Below are positions 55,610 to 64,000 of a DNA stretch of 64,000 bases, in pieces. The position numbers and the translations under genes are program-made. Origin of the DNA: the human T2T-CHM13v2.0 reference genome, Homo sapiens; the NCBI RefSeq assembly GCF_009914755.1, contig NC_060928.1, one strand, 5' to 3'. Below the pieces are notes generated by a model. That model was not told where the DNA came from and searched no databases. It saw only the letters and a program-made list of their open reading frames with translations. Positions within the stretch are counted from its first letter, which is position 1, and each line of letters begins with the position of its first letter.

Positions 55610-57010
55610 TGCCCTGATACCTCTGGTTGAAGTCACCATCACCTCTCACCCATATTATTGCAATAACCTCCTAACTGGGCTCTTCACCTGCACTCTTGCC
55701 ACCCTTTAATCTATCCTTAATAGAGTAGCTAGAATGAACTGGTAAAATCGTACATCAGATTATGTCAGTTGCATGCACAAAACACTCCAGTGATGACCCA
55801 TTTCACTTCACATTTGCCAGTGTAAATGACAAAAACTGTACAATGGATTAGAAAATCCTATATGATCTGAATTCCATGATCTCTCTGAGCTCACCTCATA
55901 TCACTGTCCCAGTCACAGACTGTACTGCACCCACACTAGCTTCCATGGTGCTCCTGGGACACTCCAGAGTGACTCCTGCTTCAGAATCTTTGCTCTGTGT
56001 TTAAAGTTTCTAAGATTTGTTTGTCTTGCTCTCCCTCACCTCCCAATTTCTTCAGGTCTTTACTCAAACATCAACTTCTCTGTGAGGCACTCCATATCAA
56101 CCATTTTTAAATGTGAAGCCATCTGCAACAGATCCCAGGTCCAGTGTTTCCAATCCCCTTTTCTTGCTTGATTATTTTCACATCACTTCACGTTTTCTAA
56201 CATGGATGGATAAATAAATCAATACGTGATGGCTAATTTTATGTGTCAAACTGACTGTCTCATGGGATGTCCAGATATTTGATTAAACATTATTTTAGGT
56301 GTTTCTGTGAGGATGTTTTTAGGTTTAATTAACATTTACATAGGTAGACCTAGTAAAGGAGACTAGCTTCCCAAATGTGGGTGGGCCTCATATAATTCAT
56401 TGAAGGTCTGAAGAGAACAAAATGGCTGACTCATGCCCAAATAAGAGATAATTTATTTTGCACAACAGCCTTCAAATGGGGATATTGACTTTTTCCTGCC
56501 TTTAGACCTGAACTGAAATATCAGCTGTTTCTCAGTTTTGAGCCTGTGAGCTTTAGGACTAGAACTATACCATCAGCTTTCCTGGGTCTGCAGATTGCCA
56601 ATTCACCCTGAAGTTCTTGGGATTTGTTGGCATTCATAATCACAAGAGCCAATTCCTTATCATAAATTTATATCTATATATTTATATATATGTACATACA
56701 TATAAATCTACTTTATATATACACATATGTACACATAAATCTCTTTATATATGTACATACATACATATACATATATACATCCCATTGCTTATGTGTCTCT
56801 GGAAAACTAACATAGATAACTAGATAGACAGACATATGTGATCGATAGACATGAATATATGAATGTACATGTATATATATGTACAGTGTATTTATTAATT
56901 TTTTATCTCACCCTTCCACTAAAATGTAAGTTCCACTGATGCATGAATTTTTGTTTTCCTTGTTCATTGCTGTATTCCCATTGCATTGTATAAATGTACA
57001 TAAATGAATG
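55610..57010 (+). mobile_element. L2 3' region split by an MLT2 LTR
   Basis: 'caccatcacctctcacccatattattgcaataacctcctaactgg' and, after the LTR, 'cactaaaatgtaagttccactga...gttcattgctgtattccca'. Confidence 0.75.
56225..56813 (+). mobile_element. Older MLT2 solo LTR (MLT2B/C/D-like)
   Basis: 'gtgatggctaattttatgtgtcaaactgact', 'aatgtgggtgggcctcat', 'gagccaattccttatcataaat', TA-rich tract, 'gtgtctctggaaaactaaca'. Confidence 0.85.
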
Positions 57011-58412
57011 TACATGAATATATATAATCTAAATATTAGCACCTTCAAGGCTATAAAATACTAAAATAAAATTTTAAACAAACTGCAATTATACATATTT
57101 TCTCCTAATTCTAGCAAAACCAGCTGGTGGGAAATTTTAAAAAAAACTGAGGATACATATTTGATAGGGGAAAATGTTTATATAGTCACTTCAATAATTT
57201 TGGTCATTTTTGCCACTAATCTCCATCACAAAATGGCCTATGTAGTTAATTACCTAAATCTGGGTTTCTGATGCCGCTGAAAAGAAGTAAAGTAAAATGC
57301 CATAAGCAATTCTAATGAATCACACAGTCATAGTAAAGGAGGGAAAAGCAAATAGAGTTGTTTATGTAATAACATAATGATGTAATAGTCAATATTTCAG
57401 ACTTAAATTAATCATTTCAGAGCAGCATTGACATCATTCACTAAGAATCTATTGTGTGGAGTAACTGCAAACCATTATATCACATTAATGATTTCTATTT
57501 TGACTCAACAATTAGATTATGTATTATTTAGAGGGAAAGACCTGTTTGAACGACTTCGCACATAGTAGGGCCTCAATAAGTTTACATTAAAATTGTAATG
57601 AGCTTGATAATAAATGCAAATCCTGTGCCAACAAGTCAAACCTACCCCCTGCTTAAAATTCTAGTTTTTTTTCTGTCAAAGAAAATAAAAATTACTCAGA
57701 TTCATAGCCAATGCTCTTTTCAGCTAGTCTTAAATTACATTCCATATCTCTTATAATTCCCCTTTAATTTCCAGTGCAACAACAAAATTAAATGCTTCTT
57801 GCTTCCTGAGGATAATTTCTTTGTGTCATCTCAGTATCTTTGTGTATACTATCCCGTCCACACACACACACACAAAAATGAAAAATAAAAAATCCCTTTC
57901 TATTACTTCTGAAATAATCTCTGATAATATGTGACTATAGCAAAAACTATATTCTCAATGTTTCCTAATCTTCTCAATAAAACTGTCCTCCCTACTTTTT
58001 TAATAATCCAAAAAAATTATAATATTTTTAAGGCTGATTACAATGCAGCTGTAAGAAACAGTCACTTAGGACTTCAAGTTCTTAAGAATCTATATTTTGA
58101 AACTTCAGTATCAAATTGGATGCCCACAGGTATCTGTTGAACTAAGGAGATGATAAATTTATCTCAACACTTGAAGAATATTTCCAGAGTAATTTTTAAA
58201 TAAATTTTTTTATAGCTTAGATGGACATTTTTAACTTATGTATCAGGTGATTCAGAAAGAAAATAAATGTTTACAAATGCATTACAAATTAATCTTTAAT
58301 ACCAAACAAAATATAAGCAGGACTATGTTAATGCTTTTAATGTATCTCCTTTTCTTATTATTTTCCTTTCTAATGAGGTTCTTTTTTTCCCTAATATTAT
58401 AGCATATACCAC

Positions 58413-58788
58413 TGTATTAGTTCATTCTTACACTACTCTGATGAAATACCCAAGACTAGGTAATTTATAAAGGAAAGAGGTTTAAATGACTCATGGTTCC
58501 GCATGGCTGGGGAGGCCTCAGGAAACTTACAATCAAGGTGGAAGGCAAAGGAGAAAGAGACACCTTCTTCACAAGGTGGCAGGATGGAGTGAGTGCAAGC
58601 AGGGGAAATGCCAGATGCTTATAAAACCATCAGATCTCCTGAGACTCACTCACTATCATGAGAACAACATGGGGAAAAGACCTCCATGATCCAAATAACT
58701 CCAGCTGGTCGTGCCCTTGACACCTGGGGATTATGGGGATTAAAATTCAAGACAGGATTTTGGGCAGGCTCACAGCCAAACCATTTCA
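58413..58788 (-). mobile_element. THE1D-like MaLR solo LTR
   Basis: 'tgtattagttc...gcatggctggggaggcctcaggaaacttacaatc...gcaggggaaatgccagatgc...cagccaaaccatttca'. Perfect TSD accac at 58408-58412 and 58789-58793. Confidence 0.92.
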
Positions 58789-60334
58789 ACCACAGTGCAA
58801 TAAATGTTTATGCTTTTGGCTGTCTTACTAGATGATAAGCTGGTTGAAGCCAAACACTGTATTTTTTTCCTTGTTGCATATCAAACATATGGCATAGTTC
58901 ATGGCATATAGCAATTTTTTGGGTTGAAATCCATGGCATTAAAAATATTGACATGGTTCTCAGGTAAGAAATAAAAACAAAATACTGATGTGAAATCAGA
59001 CAGATGTATCATTGAGTCCTGGTTACCTCACTCCATATTTGTGCTATTTTTCCCAAATGCTAATTTTATTAGGTATTTCATTAGTTTTTTTATTAGTAGT
59101 GTTAGTTATCTTGCTGAGACACCAATTTTCAGCTTATTCATATGCAAAATGAGAGAAACAAAAGCAAATAATGTAGAAAATTATTGTAAGAATTCAAATG
59201 TTCATCACAGTGTTTAGACACAGCAGGTACTCAAGGATACCTTAGTTGTGAGTGAGTGCATGGGTTGGAAATTGCAGAATCTGAACAGAAAATCTAGATT
59301 CAAGTGCCAGCCATCACACTAGCTGGTGACATTGGACTGTTTTCTTAACCTTTGTGAGTCATCTATAAACATTGAATATGAATTATTACAATGATTCATA
59401 TTTTAGAGAGTTATTCTGATAATCACGTTAGATAGAGATGCACTTAAAATTGTTATTGGCTCTTGTAAGTAAACACTGTATAAACATTTACCAGTATTAT
59501 TGATCTAAAAATTGTGATTTGGGGCTTTGATTTTGTACATCATTTCCAATACATGTCAATAGATTTTCTTTATTTTTATATGTACTTTTGAATCTATGCC
59601 AAAATGTTCAAATGTAAGCATCCATCCTCCACAGCCTGAGTTCTGTCTCTTATGTTCTGGACTATTGCTTACCACAGTCTCCCAAATGGCCTCCCCATCT
59701 CTTATGTTCTTTCTAACCCGTCCTCTACCTTTGTCCTTAGATAACCTCTCTGATTGTGCCAATCCCATCCTTAAAGTGCCTCAATAACCCTCTTTCATAG
59801 ATTTCTTGGCACAGGGGACACACAAACCTATGATCTGGTCCTCCCTTTCCCTAATCCCATTATCTGCTCCCTCCATTCCCTACCTATCATTCTTACTACG
59901 TTGAACTTTTGCATATGTTATTTCTTCTACTTGAAATTCCTTTTGCGTGGTTAGTTCCTACTTAGGCTTCAAGACTCAACACAAGTGGCATTTACCTACC
60001 ACTCCCTGCCCAGCATTTTCTTAACACTCCTCCCCAGTTAAGCAACCTTCCTCCCTCTGTGATTTAACACTTTGAATAGACCACCAACTTTTGTATTCAT
60101 GTTTGTTTTGTCTGCCTCTCCTAATCTGGGAGCTACCCAACAGCAAGTGGAAAGCCTTAATTTTCTTTGCATCTGCAATACCTTCCTAAATGCCAATTGT
60201 GAATAGGCTTTCACTGGAAGAAAGAAGGGATAGTGTTTAAAATTATGAAACACATATTAAACAAATACAAATGCCTATCTTTTTTTAAAATGTTGTATCA
60301 TCCATCATAAATCCATTGTGAATGGCATAGATAC

Positions 60335-60749
60335 TGTCAGACCTCTGAGACCAAGCTAAGCCATCATATCCCCTGTGACCTGCACGTATACATCCAGATG
60401 GCCTGTTCTTGCCTTAACTGATGACATTCCACCACAAAAGAAGTGAAAATGGCCTGTTCCTGCCTTAACTGATGACATTAACCTTGTGAAATTCCTTCGA
60501 CTGGCTCATCTTGGCTCAAAAACTCCCCCACTGAGCACCTTGTGACCCCCCACCCCTGCCAGACAGAGAACAACCCCCTTTGACTGTAATTTTCCTTTAC
60601 CTACCGAAATCCTATAAAAGGGCCCCACCCCTATCTCCCTTCACTGACTCCTTTTTTGGACTCAGCCTGCCTGCACTCAGGTGAAATAAACAGTCTTGTT
60701 GCTCACACAAAGCCTGTTTGGTGGTCTCTTCACATGGACTTCAGTGAAA
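60335..60749 (+). mobile_element. LTR7, 5' LTR of HERV-H
   Basis: Starts 'tgtcagacctctgagaccaagctaagccatc'. Two U3 repeats 'atggcctgttcYtgccttaactgatgacatt' at 60398 and 60449, TATAAAA at 60613-60619, AATAAA at 60685-60690, ends 'gtgaaa' just before the PBS. Confidence 0.96.
60613..60619 (+). promoter_or_regulatory. LTR7 TATA box
   Basis: TATAAAA at the canonical LTR7 position, followed by the GC/GT box 'ccccacccc'. Confidence 0.8.
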
Positions 60750-60751
60750 TT

Positions 60752-60769
60752 TGGTGCCGTGACTCGGAT
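60752..60769 (+). other. Primer-binding site complementary to tRNA-His 3' end
   Basis: TGGTGCCGTGACTCGGAT immediately after LTR7, the defining HERV-H PBS. Confidence 0.95.
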
Positions 60770-61679
60770 CGGGGGACCTCCCTTGGGAGATCAATCTCCT
60801 GTCCTCCTGCTCTTTGCTCCATGAGAAAGATCCACCTACGATCTCTGGTCCTCAGATCAACCAGACCAAGGAACATCTCACCAATTTTAAATCGGGTAAG
60901 CGGCCTCTTTTTACTCTCTTCTCCAACCTCTCTCCCTATCCCTCCACCTCTTTCTCCTTTCAATCTTGGTGCCACACTTCAATCTCTCCCTTCTCTTAAT
61001 TTCAGTTCCTTTCCTTTTCTGTCGCTGAGTCTTTCCTCTTTCCTTTTCTACCAACCCATCTGACCTCTCCCCTCCTCCCCAGGCTGCTCATCGCCAGGCT
61101 GAGCTAGGTCTCAATTCTTCCTCAGCCTCCACTCCCCAACACTATAATCCTTCTATCACTTCCCCTCCTCACACCCGGTCTTACAGTTTCCCCACCTGCC
61201 TAGCAATTGCCTCTTAAAAAGGTGGCTGGAGCTAAAGGCATAGTCAAGGTTAATGCTCTTTTTTCTTTATCTCAAATCAGTTAGCGTTAAGGCTCTTTTT
61301 CACCAAATATAAAAACCCAGCCCAGTTCATGGCCCATTTGGCGCAACCCTTAGATTCTTTACAGCTATAGACCCTGAAGGGTCAGAAGGCCGTCTCATTC
61401 TAAATATGCATTTTATCACCCAGTCAGCTCCTGACATTAGAAATAAAGCTCCAAAAATTAAATTCCGGCCCTCAAACCCCACAACAGGACTTAATTAACC
61501 TCACCTTCAAGGTGTACAATAATAGAGTAGAGGCAGCCAAGTAGCGATGTATTTCTGAGTTGCAATTCCTTGCCTCCACTGTGAGACAAACCCCAGACAC
61601 ATCTCCAGCATAAAAGAGCTTCTGAACCCCTGAAATGCAGCGGCCAGGCATTCCTCCAGGACCGCCTACCCCAGGATCT

Positions 61680-61889
61680 TGCTTCAAGTGCTGGAAATCT
61701 GGCCACTGGGCCAAGGAATGCCCGCAGCCCGGGATTCCTCCTAAGCCGTGTCGCATCTGTGGGGGACCTCACTGAAAATCGGACTGTTCAACTCACCTGG
61801 CAGCCACTTCCAGAGCCCCTGGAACTCTGGCCCAAGGCTCTCTGACTGACTCCTTCCCAGATTTTCTCGGCTTAGCCACTGAAGACTGA
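61680..61889 (+). pseudogene. gag: HERV-H gag C-terminus (nucleocapsid), disrupted
   Basis: CFKCWKSGHWAKEC (CX2CX4HX4C) at 61680-61721. Second knuckle CRICGGPH*KSDC has a TGA at 61773-61775. In-frame gag end TGA at 61887-61889. Confidence 0.88.
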
Positions 61890-62230
61890 TGCTGCCCAAT
61901 CACCTCGGAAGCCCCCTGGGCCATCATGGATGCCAAGCTTCGGGTAAGTCTTACAGTGAAGGGTAAGTCCGTCCCCTTCTTAATCAATACGGAGGCTACC
62001 CACACCACATTACCTTCTTTTCAAGGGCCTGTTTCCCTTGCCTCCATAACCATTGTGGGTATGACAGCCAGGCTTCTAAACCTCTTAAAACTCCCCAACT
62101 CTGGTTCCAACTTGGACAACATTCTTTTATGCACTCCTTTTTAGTTATCCCCACATGCCCAGCTACCTTATTAGGTTGAGATATTTTAACTAAATTATCT
62201 GCTTCCCTGACTATTCCTGGACTACAGCCA
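61890..62230 (+). pseudogene. pro: HERV-H protease remnant, catalytically dead
   Basis: LTVKGKSVPFLINTEATHTTLP in frame with gag. The DTG motif is replaced by NTE, and the frame is disrupted downstream. Confidence 0.85.
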
Positions 62231-62299
62231 CACCTCATTGCTGCCTTTTCCCCCAGTTCAAAGCCTCCCTCACATCCTCCCCTTGTATCTCCCCACCTT

Positions 62300-62956
62300 A
62301 ACCCACAAGTATGGGATACCTCTAGTCCCTCCTTGGCAACTGAACATGCATCCCTTACCATCTCATTAAAACCTAATCACCCTTACCCTGCTCAATCCCA
62401 ATATTCCATCCCACAGCATGCTTTAAAAGGATCAAAACCTGTTATCACTCGCCTGTTAGAGCATGGCCTTTTAAAGCCTATAAACTCTCCTTACAATTCT
62501 CCCATTTTACCTGTCCAAAAACTGGATAAGTCTTACAGGTTAGTTCAGCATCTGTGCCTTATCTACCAAACTGTTTTGCCTATCTACCCCATGGTGCCAA
62601 ACCCATATACTCTCTTATCCTCAATACCCTTCACAACCCATTATTCTGTTCTGGATCTCAAACATGCTTTCTTTACTATTCCTTTGTACCCTTCATCACA
62701 GCCTCTCTTCGCTTTCACTTGGACTGACCCTGACACCCACCAGGCTCAGCAAATTACCTTGGCTGTACTGCCGCAGTGCTTCATAGACAGCCCCCATTAC
62801 TTCAGTCAAGCCCAAATTTCTTCCTCATCTGTTACCTACCTTGGCATAATTCTCATGAAAACACACGTGCTCTCCCTGCTGATCATATCCAGCTAATCTC
62901 CCAAATCCCAATCGCTTCTACAAAACAGCAACTCCTTTCCTTCCTAGGCATGGTTA
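62300..62956 (+). pseudogene. pol: HERV-H reverse transcriptase remnant lacking YXDD
   Basis: ORF 62333-62896: SPYNSPILPVQK..SYRLVQ, VLDLKHAFFTIPL, LPQCFIDSPHYFSQA joined directly to QISSSSVTYLG with no YVDD. Confidence 0.92.
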
Positions 62957-64000
62957 TGTGTCCGGAATTGGTGGGTTCTTGGTCTCACTGACTTCAAGAA
63001 TGAAGCCGTGGACCCTCACAGTGAGTGTTACAGCTCTTAAGGTGGCGCGTCTGGAGTCTGTCCCTTCTGATGTTCAGTTGTGTTCGGAGTTTCTTCCTTC
63101 TGGTGGGTTCGTGGTCTCGCTGGCTCAGGAGTGAAGCTGCAGACCCTCGCGGTGTGTGTTACAGCTCTTAAGGCAGCGCGTCTGGAGTTGTTCGTTCCTC
63201 CCGGTGGGCTCGTGGTCTTGCTGGGCTCAGGAGTGAAGCTGCAGATCTTCGTGGTGAGTGTTACAGCTCATAAAAGCAGCGTGGACCCAAGGAGTGAGCA
63301 GTAGCAAGATTTACTGCAAAGAGCGAAAGAACAAAGCTTCCACAGTGTGGAAGGGGACCCGAGCGGGTTGCCAATGCTGGCTCGGGCAGCCTGCTTTTAT
63401 TCTCTTATCTGGCCCCACCCACATCCTGCTGATTGGTAGAGCCGAGTGGCCTGTTTTGTCAGGGCGCTGATTGGTGTGTTTACAATCCCTGAGCTAGATA
63501 CAAAGGTTCTCCAAGTCCCCATCAGATTAGTTAGATACAGAGTTTCCACACATAGGTTCTCCAAGGCCCCACCAGAGCAGCTAGATACAGAGTGTCTATT
63601 GGTGCATTCACAAACCTTGGGCTAAACACAGGGTGCTGATTGGTGTATTTACAATCCCTGAGCTAGATATAAAGACTCTCCACGTCCCCACCAGACTCAG
63701 GAGCCCAGCTGGCTTCACCTAGTGGATCCCACACTGGGGCTGCAGGTGGAGCTGCCTGCCAGTCCCGCGCCATGCGCTCTCATTCCTCAGCCCTTGGGTG
63801 GTAGATAGGACTGGGCGCCGTGGAGCAGGGGGTGGTGCTCGTCGGGGAGGCTCGGGCCGCACAGGAGCCCATGGAGTGGGTGGGAGGCTCAGGCATGGTG
63901 GGCTGCAGGTCCCGAGCCCTGCCCCGTGGGAAGGCAGCTAAGGCCCGGCGAGAAATCGAGCGCAGCGCCGGTGGGCCAGCACTGCTGGGGGACTCAGTAC
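62957..64000 (-). mobile_element. LTR12 (ERV9; LTR12C-like) LTR inserted antisense in HERV-H pol, cut by window end
   Basis: Plus strand starts 'tgtgtccggaattggtgggttcttggtctcactgacttcaagaatgaagcc' (reverse of the LTR12 3' end). U5 repeats 'gctcaggagtgaagctgcaga', U3 repeats with ATTGG and 'ctagata', and a GC-rich segment typical of LTR12C. Confidence 0.95.
63396..63670 (-). promoter_or_regulatory. LTR12 promoter/enhancer: AATAAA TATA-like box plus CCAAT (NF-Y) and GATA repeats
   Basis: Minus-strand AATAAA at 63396-63401 and CCAAT at 63432-63436, 63470-63474, 63598-63602 and 63639-63643, interspersed with AGATA motifs. Confidence 0.8.

Larger units (their letters stand above)
60750..62956 (+). 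mobile_element. HERV-H internal region (leader, deleted gag, pro, 5' pol), interrupted by LTR12
   Basis: PBS-His, splice donor GG|GTAAGC at 60896, C-rich leader, nucleocapsid zinc knuckles, protease and RT motifs. Confidence 0.96.

Overview
This window is AT-rich, CpG-poor primate DNA, most likely human or great ape given the AluY, HERV-H/LTR7 and LTR12 content. It looks like intergenic or deep intronic sequence. I recognise no intact cellular protein-coding gene, and the ORFs I could place derive from repeats or look like chance frames. The window is a layered record of transposable elements: L1, L2, MIR, seven Alus, MaLR and ERVL LTRs, DNA transposon remnants and microsatellites. The most notable structure is at the right end, where a HERV-H provirus (5' LTR7, tRNA-His PBS, defective gag-pro-pol) is interrupted inside pol by an antisense LTR12 (ERV9) LTR, giving two convergent retroviral promoters about 2.7 kb apart. 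Other points of interest are a 33-nt U2 snRNA retro-fragment with a target-site duplication (TSD), a near-perfect 3 x 102-bp tandem triplication, and a truncated HERV-L/MLT2A1 with a DUX4-type motif and an odd 12-bp flanking repeat. There is also an ERVL-class pol with an apparent internal inversion, a twin-primed mini-L1 and a (CG)7(CA)16 tract between inverted Alus. I found no convincing evidence of a wholly new biological system. Repeat subfamily names come from remembered consensus sequences and need RepeatMasker/Dfam confirmation, and boundaries of old repeats are approximate.
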